A DNA stretch of 64,000 nucleotides from an uncultured Bacteroidales bacterium (GCA_964469155.1 CAYXXU010000009.1:2494-66493), one strand, 5' to 3'. Numbered from the stretch's first letter, positions 28,756-39,160 are shown. The notes: a model not told the origin generated them from the sequence alone. Translations and numbers: made by a program.

Positions 28756-29393
28756 TGGCAATGAATGTTTTTATTGGGAATGATATTATTTGCATTAATA
28801 AAGAATCATATGAGAATAATTTTCAAAACTCTCTGCAATATTACAATAGGATTTCATCCAGTAAGGAACGGCTGTTAATGTCTTCCAAATACAATATTCT
28901 TATAAGGACACACATCATTTTTTCCATCAAAGAAGCCGCTTACAAAGTTATGTTAAAACTTGGATTTCAAAAAGCATTTTCACCCCGAAAATTCTTAATA
29001 GAGTCGATAGAAACTACAAATCATGATGGACACTTGATAGCAAGAGGGGTAATAAAATATGGAATCCAGGAACTTTTTTTTCAGTCTTTCTGTAATAAGT
29101 CTTATTCACACAGTATAGCATCCTCTCGAAAAATCTCATTTGACAAGGTAGATGTTGATATCCAAACATATAAAAATCTTAATCCAGACAATCAGACACA
29201 AACTGCAAAAGGACAACTCATCAAGCATTTACATAGTATCATTCCAGATTGTAGAGGAATAAATGTTATTAAAGACAATGTTGGCATACCGGTTCCGGTT
29301 CTTGGAAAACAAATAATACCTATTGAAGTGTCGTTAAGTCATGACGGGAATTATATTGCAAGCGTTGTTTATAATTCTAAAGAAAGTGAGTAA
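28755..29393 (+). CDS. 4'-phosphopantetheinyl transferase (AcpS-like)
   Basis: 212 aa. IGNDIICI, FSIKEAAYK, VSLSHDGNYIASV blocks. TGATG overlap with the ACP gene. Confidence 0.7.
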   Translation: MAMNVFIGNDIICINKESYENNFQNSLQYYNRISSSKERLLMSSKYNILIRTHIIFSIKEAAYKVMLKLGFQKAFSPRKFLIESIETTNHDGHLIARGVIKYGIQELFFQSFCNKSYSHSIASSRKISFDKVDVDIQTYKNLNPDNQTQTAKGQLIKHLHSIIPDCRGINVIKDNVGIPVPVLGKQIIPIEVSLSHDGNYIASVVYNSKESE

Positions 29394-30348
29394 GCCAGAA
29401 TTAAGCATTGGAATAATAACTTATAATCAGGGAGTTTTTTTAAAAAGAACTATCGATTCCGTTCTGGAACAACAGACAACATACTCCATAGAAATTATTA
29501 TTTGTGATGATGCTTCAGAAGATAATACAGAAGCAATAGTACAAATTTTTCAGAGAGAACATCCCAAAATCATACAGTATTATAAAAACAACACCCGCCA
29601 GGGCCCACTTTTAAATGGAAAACAGTTATGGAGCCATGCAGGGGGAAAATACTTATGCTGGATTGATGCAGACGATTATTGGTGTTATTATGGTAAAATA
29701 CAAACTCAACTTGATTTTCTGGAAAATAATCCTGAATATGCCGGATGTTTTCACGATGCCCAAATCTTAAGCGATATTGATTCTGAGGCAAACATCGCGG
29801 AACAATTAAAAATTCAAACACACGGTCAATGGAAAAGCTATTCGCAGTTCAATACTTATTCCGCCGATTTTTTCCCATGGGACGTATTACAAAGGAAAAT
29901 CATTCCAACCGCTTCATTGGTTTTCCGAAGAAAAAATTTCGAAGCCTTTTTTGAACTTTTTTCCAATGTTGGTCTTTCTATCAGTTGGGCCCTGCATCTG
30001 GAGATCATTAAAAACAGTAAGTTCAAATATTTTAATGAGGCGTGGTCGGTGTATTTTGATCATGAAAAAGGATTTTCTAAAAGCGTAGATCTGTTGACTT
30101 TTAAACTCAATAATATCCGGATTTTACTGAAACTGCTTGATGATGATTATTATAAAACTATCGTTAAGGATGTATATAAAGCAATAGCCAATGAGTACTT
30201 TTACCTGTTGCATTGCAGCGATTCGAAAAGATTAAGCAAAAAAGAATACTATTCATATTGCAAAGCTTATAAAAAATGGATGGAAAAAGCGATAGAAGCA
30301 GAAATTATTAGTTTTAAAGAGTCGATTATTAATCACCGGGAACAATAG
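29386..30348 (+). CDS. glycosyltransferase family 2
   Basis: The start is uncertain: GTG at 29386, or the track ATG at 29341 which overlaps the PPTase gene. LSIGIITYNQG...ICDDASEDNT and WIDADDYW (DxD) are typical of GT-A/GT2. Confidence 0.8.
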   Translation: MSKPELSIGIITYNQGVFLKRTIDSVLEQQTTYSIEIIICDDASEDNTEAIVQIFQREHPKIIQYYKNNTRQGPLLNGKQLWSHAGGKYLCWIDADDYWCYYGKIQTQLDFLENNPEYAGCFHDAQILSDIDSEANIAEQLKIQTHGQWKSYSQFNTYSADFFPWDVLQRKIIPTASLVFRRKNFEAFFELFSNVGLSISWALHLEIIKNSKFKYFNEAWSVYFDHEKGFSKSVDLLTFKLNNIRILLKLLDDDYYKTIVKDVYKAIANEYFYLLHCSDSKRLSKKEYYSYCKAYKKWMEKAIEAEIISFKESIINHREQ

Positions 30349-30350
30349 GC

Positions 30351-32138
30351 ATGTGTGGAATCATAGGGAAGATAGATCACCGGCACGGGGTTCAAATTGA
30401 AGAATTTGTTTTACAAAGGGATTCAATGTTTTTACGTGGTCCTGATGATAAAGGGTTTTACTTTGATGCGGATAAAAAAATAGCTTTAGGCTATCGCAGG
30501 CTTTCGATAGTAGATCTGAGTCCCCAGGCTAACCAGCCGATGTCAAACGAAGATGAAACTCTTTTTCTGGTTTGCAACGGAGAAATATATAATTCGCCTG
30601 TTATACGGCAAATGCTTTTACATGCCGGACATACTTTTAAAAGCAAATCGGATTGCGAGGTAATATTGCATGGTTATGAAGAATGGGGCGTTGATGTTTT
30701 GAAAAGAATTGATGGCATGTTTGCTATGGGATTATGGGATGCTACGAAACAGGAATTATTGATCGCCCGCGACCGGTTTGGAATTAAACCCCTCTATTAT
30801 GAAAACAATGATGGATGCTTTACTTTTGCCTCCTCCTTGCAGGCAATTGGCTGCAGATCGGGCCATGGTAAAGAACTTTCATTGGATGCGATCTGCGATT
30901 ATCTCACATATCGTTACGTCCCCTCTCCGAAAACAATTTACAAAAATGTCGAAAAGCTTGAACCTGCTCATTATTTAATTTACGATAGAAACTCTAAAAC
31001 CAGGATCGGATGTTATTGGAATCTGCAATATAATCCCGTCATAGCAGATGATGAGGAGATACAAAAGGAATGTCAGATTTTGCTAAACAAATCTATTCAA
31101 TCACATTTACGAAGTGATGTGCCGGTGGGTTGTTTTTTAAGCGGAGGATATGATTCTACAGTGCTGGCTATGCTTATGAGAAAGCAAGACTACAATCCAA
31201 TTACCTTTAGTATTGGATTTGAGGGGTGGGAAGGCAGCGAGCTCAATCAGGCAATAATTACAGCCCAACAGCTGGATCTTTCAAATCAGTGTTCAATTTT
31301 AAACAAGGAAGACTTTATCACAGACGATATTATTTCTGCTTATGATGAGCCCATAGCAGATATCTCAATAATCCCCACTTTTGCTATAAGCCATTTAGCT
31401 TCCAGGAGTGTTAAAACAGTTTTTTCAGGTGAAGGAGCTGATGAACTTTTTGGAGGTTATGATTGGCATCATGAACTCTTTAAACAATATTCGAACAAAA
31501 CATTTATTGCTAAAGTCCTGACTCAAAAAAGAAAACTATCTCTTGGGGTTTATTCACAATTTATGGCGATGGGAGCGTTTGAAACGAATTCGCTTCGTCA
31601 ATTATTCCATACTCAATTCCATAATCACATTCCCGGTGATAGTTTTTGGTTCTATAAAAGACACTTTAACTCTGATCTGCCCATACCCAAATGTTTACAA
31701 TACCTGGATATAAAAACCTTTATGACGGAATTGGTTCTGACAAAAGTCGACAGGGCCTCCATGGCAAATTCGCTTGAAGTAAGAGTCCCTTATCTTGACA
31801 AAACGCTGTTTGAATTTGTTTTCAATCTTCCTCCTGAAAAATATTTTGATCCGCAATCCCAAAAACCATTGTTGGCAAATATATTGAGACCCATTTTGGG
31901 TGATGATTTTCTGAATCGCAAAAAGCAGGGCTTTGTTGGTCCTGATGCTTTTTATGATCATTTTGAGATGTATAAACTCATAATGGACGATTCGGTTTTA
32001 ATTGACCAGGGGATTATGAATCGAAAATATATTGACACCCTATTAACCTGTAAAGACCGCTGGCGACTATGGAAAATTGTAATTTTGGAGTTATGGGTTC
32101 AAAAAAACCGGAACAATATTAATCTTCCCACAGCATGA
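30351..32138 (+). CDS. asnB: asparagine synthase (glutamine-hydrolysing)
   Basis: 595 aa. MCGIIG N-terminal Cys nucleophile, LSGGYDST PP-loop, FSGEGADELFGGY. Confidence 0.9.
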   Translation: MCGIIGKIDHRHGVQIEEFVLQRDSMFLRGPDDKGFYFDADKKIALGYRRLSIVDLSPQANQPMSNEDETLFLVCNGEIYNSPVIRQMLLHAGHTFKSKSDCEVILHGYEEWGVDVLKRIDGMFAMGLWDATKQELLIARDRFGIKPLYYENNDGCFTFASSLQAIGCRSGHGKELSLDAICDYLTYRYVPSPKTIYKNVEKLEPAHYLIYDRNSKTRIGCYWNLQYNPVIADDEEIQKECQILLNKSIQSHLRSDVPVGCFLSGGYDSTVLAMLMRKQDYNPITFSIGFEGWEGSELNQAIITAQQLDLSNQCSILNKEDFITDDIISAYDEPIADISIIPTFAISHLASRSVKTVFSGEGADELFGGYDWHHELFKQYSNKTFIAKVLTQKRKLSLGVYSQFMAMGAFETNSLRQLFHTQFHNHIPGDSFWFYKRHFNSDLPIPKCLQYLDIKTFMTELVLTKVDRASMANSLEVRVPYLDKTLFEFVFNLPPEKYFDPQSQKPLLANILRPILGDDFLNRKKQGFVGPDAFYDHFEMYKLIMDDSVLIDQGIMNRKYIDTLLTCKDRWRLWKIVILELWVQKNRNNINLPTA

Positions 32139-33547
32139 ATACTTTTTCGCTGAAAGCGCTGATGAGAAAAAGAGGATACAGGAAATTTAACCTGAGCAGG
32201 ACTATTGTTCAATCCGAAAGGCTCTGTCATGCGCCTTTTAAAAGTCTGTTGTTTACCCAAAGCGGTGCTATAATGGTCTGTCATTTCAACAGAGGATATG
32301 TATTGGGAAATTATCCGGCGAATTCAATAAATGAAATTTTAGAGAGTGCGTCATTACAAAAACTGCAAAAACAACACAATTTCTATAACTTTCCGGAAAG
32401 CTGTCAATATTGCAAGATTGAAATTGAGAACCAACGTTATTATAACGCAGGGTGCAAAAAATATGATTATTTGGCAGAATATGGTAAACCGGAGGAAATT
32501 GTATCGCTGGAATTTCAGACGTCAAATGCCTGTAATCTCGAATGCATTATGTGCAGCGGAGAGTATTCCTCACTTATCAGAAAAAACAGAGAATGCGGAG
32601 TGGAATATCCGGATCCATATGATGATGTCTTTATTGAACAAATTAAACCTCTTTTAAGGTCAGTTAAATTTGCCAGCTTCACGGGTGGTGAGCCTTTTTT
32701 AAATCCTTTGTACTACAAAATATGGAAATTGATTGTTGAAATTAACCCACAAATAAAAATTACTATTTCGACCAATGGAACCCTATTAAATGATAAAATT
32801 AAAGAACTCTTTAATGCGCTTACTATTGATCTCACGCTTTCAATCGATTCTCTTGACAAAAAAACCTATGGTCAAATTCGAAAAAATGCCGATTTTGATA
32901 AGACCTTTGAAAATATCCAATATTTTATTGAAGTATCTAAGGCAAAACAAAGACTTTTTTCGATAAAATTTGTCATCATGAAGGGAAACATACAAGATGT
33001 TCCTGAACTTTTTGAATACTTTAATGAACAGAATGTTCAGATATATCCCAAGCTGGTATGGGTTCCTGTTGACCTGTCTCTTCGTTATGGAACTTCAGAG
33101 GAATTGAAGGAATGGATATATATATTGAAGCGGTGTCATTTAAACCGGAAACTGGAATATCAAAAGTTTAATTGTGAACGCTATTCTGAAATAATTTCTA
33201 CTTTGGAAAAATGGGAAGAAGAGCTGGCCCTGTTCACAAAAGAAAAACTAATACTTCTCACAACAGAGGATCTTACCGGTAAATTACATGAATTGTTGTG
33301 CAATTTTGTAAACAATGATTCCATGATTGAATACGACAAAAGAATTAAGTTGTTGAATTTTGCAGAGGAACTACTACATTTTATTACCCGTAGTAATATA
33401 CCAGAAAAAGAAATGCAAAATTTTCTAGCCTATTTACTCAGTCTTCCCAGATATTTGCTGGTGAACGAATTTTACAGAATGAATGCGGAAAAATTCGTGA
33501 ACAGGTTAAAAGTTAAAAAGTCTTTCAATAAGAACAGAACATGTTAA
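32135..33547 (+). CDS. radical SAM protein with N-terminal twitch/SPASM-like Cys motif (family copy 3 of 9)
   Basis: 470 aa. CHAPFKSLLFTQSGAIMVC, SCQYC, TSNACNLECIMC, TGGEPFL, STNGT, LSIDS. ATGA overlap with asnB. Confidence 0.9.
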   Translation: MNTFSLKALMRKRGYRKFNLSRTIVQSERLCHAPFKSLLFTQSGAIMVCHFNRGYVLGNYPANSINEILESASLQKLQKQHNFYNFPESCQYCKIEIENQRYYNAGCKKYDYLAEYGKPEEIVSLEFQTSNACNLECIMCSGEYSSLIRKNRECGVEYPDPYDDVFIEQIKPLLRSVKFASFTGGEPFLNPLYYKIWKLIVEINPQIKITISTNGTLLNDKIKELFNALTIDLTLSIDSLDKKTYGQIRKNADFDKTFENIQYFIEVSKAKQRLFSIKFVIMKGNIQDVPELFEYFNEQNVQIYPKLVWVPVDLSLRYGTSEELKEWIYILKRCHLNRKLEYQKFNCERYSEIISTLEKWEEELALFTKEKLILLTTEDLTGKLHELLCNFVNNDSMIEYDKRIKLLNFAEELLHFITRSNIPEKEMQNFLAYLLSLPRYLLVNEFYRMNAEKFVNRLKVKKSFNKNRTC

Positions 33548-34863
33548 AAATAAAAGACATATTCCACTTTGGACAAAACAAGGCTTATATAAAATGTAAT
33601 GCGGCCGAAAAAAGTTTGCGTTTTGGCATTGGGGGAAGAGTTTCTGTCTGTTGTCATAACCACAAGGACATTGTTGGGAGTATTCCACAAAATTCCATTA
33701 TGGAAATATGGCATGGACCCGCAATAAAATCTTTGAGACATACACTTCAAAAAAAATATTCTCAGGGTTGTACCTATTGCATTCATGAAGGGCAATCAGT
33801 ACATTCTTCGGGAAGTTCGGCCCTTTACGAACGTTATGAATCAAATCCCGTTCATCCTGTCATCTTGGATTTCAAGGCCGACAACTCATGCAATTTAGCC
33901 TGTATTATGTGTTCCGGGCTTTCTTCAACAGGTTTGAGAGCAAAGGAAAGCAAGTGCACTATGAACCCATACGACAACAATAAATTTCTCAGTGAACTTC
34001 AGGAAATCATACCCTTTATTAATGAAGCCCGTTTCAGTGGCGGAGAGCCGTTCTTATCAGAATTGTACTTTAAGATATGGGAAAGCATTATTCAGAAGAA
34101 TCCCCAATGCAAAATTGTTGTACAAACCAATGGGACAATTCTTAACCCAAAAGTCAGGGATATAATGGAAAGAGGGAATTTCAATATCAATTTATCTATT
34201 GATTCATTTCAAAAAGACACTTACGAAAAAATAAGACGCGGCGGTTCATTTGATATCATTTTAAAAAACATCAGCTATTTTAAAGAATATTGTCTGGGCC
34301 AATCCAGATTCTGGGGTATGACCAGTTGTGCAATGATTGAAAATAGTGCCGAATTTTCAGATATCATAAATAACTGGAATCTTCACCAGGCAAACGGATG
34401 GTTTAGCGTGGTGTGGTTTCCACCAAAAAACGCAATATGGACATTAAGCGAAATGGAAATTGAAAAAATTTCAGAACAGCTCAATAATATTAGTTTTATT
34501 GGTGATGCCGAATACTTAATCAACAATTCGCGGGCGTTGGAGATACTGAAAACCATGATGAAGCAGCAATTGAAGCTTTCGAAACTTCATCATGATCCAC
34601 CTGTATCAATTGATGGCGAGGCTTTTTATACAACGGTAACAGATTATTTTTCGAAAGTGCTAAAACAAACAATAGAATTTCAGCAAATCGAAACTAAGCT
34701 TCAACAATACTTTTCACAAAATGGAGATTCCTTATATAACGCGACGAGTTTTAAAAAAATTCGTAACTTTACCTCAGAAGAACATTTTTTCGACTTATTA
34801 TCAATGATTGATAAAGAAAGTATATCCGAATTGTTCTTTCCTTTTGTAACAAAACATAAATGA
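33541..34863 (+). CDS. radical SAM protein with N-terminal twitch/SPASM-like Cys motif (family copy 4 of 9)
   Basis: 440 aa. CNAAEKSLRFGIGGRVSVCC, GCTYC, ADNSCNLACIMC, SGGEPFL, QTNGT, LSIDS, AIWTLS. 7-nt overlap with the upstream gene. Confidence 0.9.
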   Translation: MLKIKDIFHFGQNKAYIKCNAAEKSLRFGIGGRVSVCCHNHKDIVGSIPQNSIMEIWHGPAIKSLRHTLQKKYSQGCTYCIHEGQSVHSSGSSALYERYESNPVHPVILDFKADNSCNLACIMCSGLSSTGLRAKESKCTMNPYDNNKFLSELQEIIPFINEARFSGGEPFLSELYFKIWESIIQKNPQCKIVVQTNGTILNPKVRDIMERGNFNINLSIDSFQKDTYEKIRRGGSFDIILKNISYFKEYCLGQSRFWGMTSCAMIENSAEFSDIINNWNLHQANGWFSVVWFPPKNAIWTLSEMEIEKISEQLNNISFIGDAEYLINNSRALEILKTMMKQQLKLSKLHHDPPVSIDGEAFYTTVTDYFSKVLKQTIEFQQIETKLQQYFSQNGDSLYNATSFKKIRNFTSEEHFFDLLSMIDKESISELFFPFVTKHK

Positions 34864-36329
34864 ATACCGGCATAAAACATTTCGCGGCAAAAGCCATAGG
34901 TATCCTCAACAGATTTCGTTTTATGGCATCCCATGGTATAAAGGATGATGGAACTTATAACCCGCTTCCCGGCAAAGTAATTCACGATTTTAACAAAACC
35001 CGTATGCTGGGTCCTCAAAAATGGTTATGCTATGCTCCGTTTAATATGATCTACTTTGCATTTAACGGAGAAATGATTGCCTGTTGTCACAACCGCAAAC
35101 ATATTATGGGCAGATACCCTGAACAAAGCATTGAAGACATATGGGGTGGTGCCAAATATGAAATACTTCGGGAACACATTCGTCATAACGATCTGTCATA
35201 TGGTTGTGATGTTTGTAAAAACGCACTGATTGCAGGGAATTACGATGGCGCTAAAAATGGTCTCTATGACAGATATGGTAGTCGTAGCTATCCTCAAATC
35301 ATGGAATTCGAACTTGACAACCTATGCAACCTTGCCTGCGTTATTTGCAATGATAATTTTAGTTCCGGCATAAAACCACTGGAATTAAAGACTCAGAACC
35401 CATCTCCCTATGATGCTGAGTTTGTAAAACAAATTACTCCTTACATTCCAAAATTGAAAGAAGCAAAATTTTATGGTGGCGAACCGTTTTTAATTAATTT
35501 ATATTATAACATCTGGGAGAAGATGCTGGAAATGAATCCTAAAATAGAAATTCTTATCCAGACAAATGGAACCGTTCTTAACGAAAAAGTAATAAAATTA
35601 CTTGAAAGAGGAAGATTTAATATAAACATATCGATAGACTCATTACATAAAGAGAATTTTGAAAAGATCCGTAAAAATGCCAATTTTGAAGAGACAATGG
35701 AAAATGTTGCTTTTTTCATAGATTACTGTAAACAGAAGGGGACTCACCTAGGGATCATTCCCACTCCCAACCGATTAAACTGGCAGGATATACCTGAAAT
35801 AACGAATTGGGCAACTTCAATTGGTGCCAAAGTCTATTTCAATACGCTGATCACCCCTCTTGAATTGGCATTATGGAACCTTCCACAGAAAGATATTGAA
35901 ACCATTTACAGCCAATTATCCGCTAAAGATATCCAAACCATAGGACTGGCTGGAAAAGAAAATGCCAGACATTATAAGGATTTTTTACATCAAATACAGG
36001 GGTGGAAGGTAAACAAAACCATCACAGAAAACGCTAAAACGAAAATTAGTCTTTTTGATCTTAAACAAATGAAAGATAAGTTTATTCTGGAACTCAGCAA
36101 AACCTTACATGAGAAAGAAAGGGATGAACTCATGCTGCTTTTTGAACAAACACTTTCTTCATTTGACGAAAATATAAACCATGATCTGTTTTTTGCTGTT
36201 ATCAGAAAAGTACCCATTGAAATTGTAGTTAAAGAAATTCAAAAAAGAGATCTTGAACACTTAAAAAAAAATATGGGAAAAAAAATATATGAAGGTAGTG
36301 TGGAATATGAAATAATTCGGGTTAATTAA
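34860..36329 (+). CDS. radical SAM protein with N-terminal twitch/SPASM-like Cys motif (family copy 5 of 9)
   Basis: 489 aa. C57-x12-G-x4-C75 (CYAPFNMIYFAFNGEMIAC), C116-x2-C119, then C156-x3-C160-x2-C163 (CNLACVIC), YGGEPFL, QTNGT, ISIDS, LALWNL. Confidence 0.9.
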   Translation: MNTGIKHFAAKAIGILNRFRFMASHGIKDDGTYNPLPGKVIHDFNKTRMLGPQKWLCYAPFNMIYFAFNGEMIACCHNRKHIMGRYPEQSIEDIWGGAKYEILREHIRHNDLSYGCDVCKNALIAGNYDGAKNGLYDRYGSRSYPQIMEFELDNLCNLACVICNDNFSSGIKPLELKTQNPSPYDAEFVKQITPYIPKLKEAKFYGGEPFLINLYYNIWEKMLEMNPKIEILIQTNGTVLNEKVIKLLERGRFNINISIDSLHKENFEKIRKNANFEETMENVAFFIDYCKQKGTHLGIIPTPNRLNWQDIPEITNWATSIGAKVYFNTLITPLELALWNLPQKDIETIYSQLSAKDIQTIGLAGKENARHYKDFLHQIQGWKVNKTITENAKTKISLFDLKQMKDKFILELSKTLHEKERDELMLLFEQTLSSFDENINHDLFFAVIRKVPIEIVVKEIQKRDLEHLKKNMGKKIYEGSVEYEIIRVN

Positions 36330-36330
36330 T

Positions 36331-37716
36331 ATGAACGCATTTGCAACAAAAATTGATAACTGGGTTAACCAAATAGCACGATGGTCCAATCCCTTTCATA
36401 AGGATATATTTTGCAAAGCTCCTTTCAATACCCTTTTTTTTTCAATGACAGGTGATGTATATTTTTGCTTAAGTAATCGTATTCAAATTGCAGGTAAATA
36501 TCCCCAAAATTCTATCAAGGATATTATTGAAGGGCAAATGGTTCAGGACCTAAGAAAATATTTTACAGAACACAATGGAATGCCCGGCTGTGAGTATTGT
36601 AAAGAACAAATTGATCTGGGGAATTATGACGCAGCATTCAATCATTACAGCAATGTCAGAAGCAAAAAGGGAGAGATTTCTGTAATAGAGTTTGAATTAT
36701 CTAACCGTTGCAACCTTCAATGTATGATGTGCAGTGAACAATATTCTTCAATACACCAGGGGAATAGCAAAAACGTAAAGATCCCCTACGATGATCAATT
36801 TATATTTCAGATTGCCCCATACCTTAAAAACCTGAAAAAAGCCAGTTTTAGAGGAGGAGAACCCTTCCTTATTCCAATTTATTACAAATTATGGGATAAG
36901 TTATTAGAGCAGAATAAAAGCGTAGCCATTGGAATTACTACTAACGGAACCATTTATAATTCGAAGATAGAAACCTATCTCCAAAGCCGTCAATTTCAAA
37001 TCAACATATCTGTTGATACTTTGCAAAAAGAGTCCTTCCAGGCAATTAGGGTTAATGGAGAATTTGATCAATATTTAAAAAATATTATGACCTTTCTTGA
37101 GTTGTCAAAAAAAGGAGTTTGCGGTCTGAGTATCTGTACATGCCTTATGGTTAACAACTGGAAAGAAATACCTTCCATATTTAGTTTTTGCAATGAAAAC
37201 AGATTGACAATCCATATTAATTATGTAGAATATCCTTTAAATGTTTCTATACAGAGTTTGCTGCCAAATGAGATTGAAGCTATTATATCATATTTGAAGG
37301 ACCATAAAAATATTAATGATTACAACATTACAATTTACGATTCGATATTGTCTATTTTGAAGTCATGGGTAAATAACAGAAAACCAAACACAAAAACAAA
37401 TATAAGTGATATTGTCAATTCAATTTTACCAATGACCATTAGCCTTTCAGAACTTCACCAACAAAAGCAAAGTTTTTTTAATAAAATTGAATTATATTCT
37501 CATTCACAACAGTCAGTTGATTTGTTAGAAAAATTTGAAAAACTCGAAAAACATTTTAAAAACGCTAATGACATTTTTTTTCTTTATTTCATATTGGATC
37601 ATATCCCTGAAAAAATTGTAATCGACAACATCAGTCATTTTTCAGTTGAAAACCTAATAATTGAATCTGAAGAGTTGATTGAAATCAGCAAACAAAAATT
37701 TTCAATAAATGGCTAA
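36331..37716 (+). CDS. radical SAM protein with N-terminal twitch/SPASM-like Cys motif (family copy 6 of 9)
   Basis: 461 aa. CKAPFNTLFFSMTGDVYFC, GCEYC, SNRCNLQCMMC, RGGEPFL, TTNGT, ISVDT. Confidence 0.9.
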   Translation: MNAFATKIDNWVNQIARWSNPFHKDIFCKAPFNTLFFSMTGDVYFCLSNRIQIAGKYPQNSIKDIIEGQMVQDLRKYFTEHNGMPGCEYCKEQIDLGNYDAAFNHYSNVRSKKGEISVIEFELSNRCNLQCMMCSEQYSSIHQGNSKNVKIPYDDQFIFQIAPYLKNLKKASFRGGEPFLIPIYYKLWDKLLEQNKSVAIGITTNGTIYNSKIETYLQSRQFQINISVDTLQKESFQAIRVNGEFDQYLKNIMTFLELSKKGVCGLSICTCLMVNNWKEIPSIFSFCNENRLTIHINYVEYPLNVSIQSLLPNEIEAIISYLKDHKNINDYNITIYDSILSILKSWVNNRKPNTKTNISDIVNSILPMTISLSELHQQKQSFFNKIELYSHSQQSVDLLEKFEKLEKHFKNANDIFFLYFILDHIPEKIVIDNISHFSVENLIIESEELIEISKQKFSING

Positions 37717-39160
37717 AAAGATAGTAGAAAAGATATCGCATTTATTTAATTCAAAAACAAAACGTCCCTTGCCTCTCTGTTATGCTCCGTTCAATAATTT
37801 ATTGATCGATCAGCAAGGCTGTATAAAAATTTGCTGTCATAACATATCATATATTTTAGGTAGATTTCCTATTGACAGAATTAATGATGTCTGGTTTGGC
37901 AAAATGCGACAATCTATAACAAATCAATTCCTTTTTGATGAAACTCCCGATTCGTGTAATAGTTGCATAAAGAACGGTTTAAATATTGACTTGTTGAGCA
38001 CCAAAACAGCATACTCAAAAAGAAAAAATTTAATCAATTTCAATCAATATCCTTATCAAATTGATTTTTTACTTGACAATAATTGCAATCTGGATTGTAT
38101 AATGTGTTCTTCAAACATATCCACTTCTTCAACTAATACTGATGTATATGCTCTTGAAAAAGTTAATTTCAATGAAGATTTTTTCACTCAAATAAAACCA
38201 TTTCTTGAAAAAGGACGTTTTTTCGTTTTTGGGGGTGGCGAACCTTTTCTCATTCAAATCTATTCAAAGATGTGGAAGTATATTTATGAAAAAAATTCTT
38301 CTGCAACGATCTATGTTCAAACCAATGGAACTATTCTAACTGACCAAATAAAGAAAACCATTGAAAAATATAAAATAAATATTGGAATCTCTATTGATTC
38401 GGTTAATAAGGAAAATTATGAAAAGATAAGAAGAAATGCTTCTTTTGAGAAAACGTTCGAAAATATCGAATATTTCATACAATACTCTGATTCGCAAAAG
38501 AAAAACATGACTCTAATGGTCACACCTATGATCATAAATGCAGATGAAATACCACATATTTTTGAATATGCCAACAATAATAACCTTCATTTCTCATTAA
38601 GTATACTAGACAGGCCTGTTCATTTGGCCATATGGTCACTGCCTTCAAAAGAGATTTTTAAACTGATAGATAAATACAAATCTTTTAAGTTTTTGACTGA
38701 TAGTTCTCAGAATCTGATAAAAAACAATATTAAGGCATTTCAGATTTTTATTTTACTTGTTGAAAAATATGCCCGGCGAAAAGTTTTCATTGAACAACAT
38801 CAACAAAAGATATTATCGCAAATCATTAAACTATCAGAGTATTTTGCTGAAAATTATGAGACAATACTTAAATTCAGTATTGAAAATTCATCCATTGAAA
38901 AATATAAAAAAGAGGCTTTTCATAATCGCGCCAAAGATTTAATTAATCAATTGATTGAAAAAAACGCCACCCTATTCGATAACAAACTCTATTTGTATTC
39001 ATATTTTATCAACAAAGAAATGAGTTCGTTTGTCAACAATCTTATTAATTTTGACGACTATACTATAAGCCAATTTTTTCAGGAAAAAATTTATGAGCAT
39101 AAGATATTTTTTGACACCCTTTCCTATGATCATATAATTGATTTGGATTATTATGAGTGA
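37709..39160 (+). CDS. radical SAM protein with N-terminal twitch/SPASM-like Cys motif (family copy 7 of 9)
   Basis: 483 aa. CYAPFNNLLIDQQGCIKICC, SCNSC, DNNCNLDCIMC, GGGEPFL, QTNGT, ISIDS, LAIWSL. 8-nt overlap with the upstream gene. Confidence 0.9.
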   Translation: MAKKIVEKISHLFNSKTKRPLPLCYAPFNNLLIDQQGCIKICCHNISYILGRFPIDRINDVWFGKMRQSITNQFLFDETPDSCNSCIKNGLNIDLLSTKTAYSKRKNLINFNQYPYQIDFLLDNNCNLDCIMCSSNISTSSTNTDVYALEKVNFNEDFFTQIKPFLEKGRFFVFGGGEPFLIQIYSKMWKYIYEKNSSATIYVQTNGTILTDQIKKTIEKYKINIGISIDSVNKENYEKIRRNASFEKTFENIEYFIQYSDSQKKNMTLMVTPMIINADEIPHIFEYANNNNLHFSLSILDRPVHLAIWSLPSKEIFKLIDKYKSFKFLTDSSQNLIKNNIKAFQIFILLVEKYARRKVFIEQHQQKILSQIIKLSEYFAENYETILKFSIENSSIEKYKKEAFHNRAKDLINQLIEKNATLFDNKLYLYSYFINKEMSSFVNNLINFDDYTISQFFQEKIYEHKIFFDTLSYDHIIDLDYYE

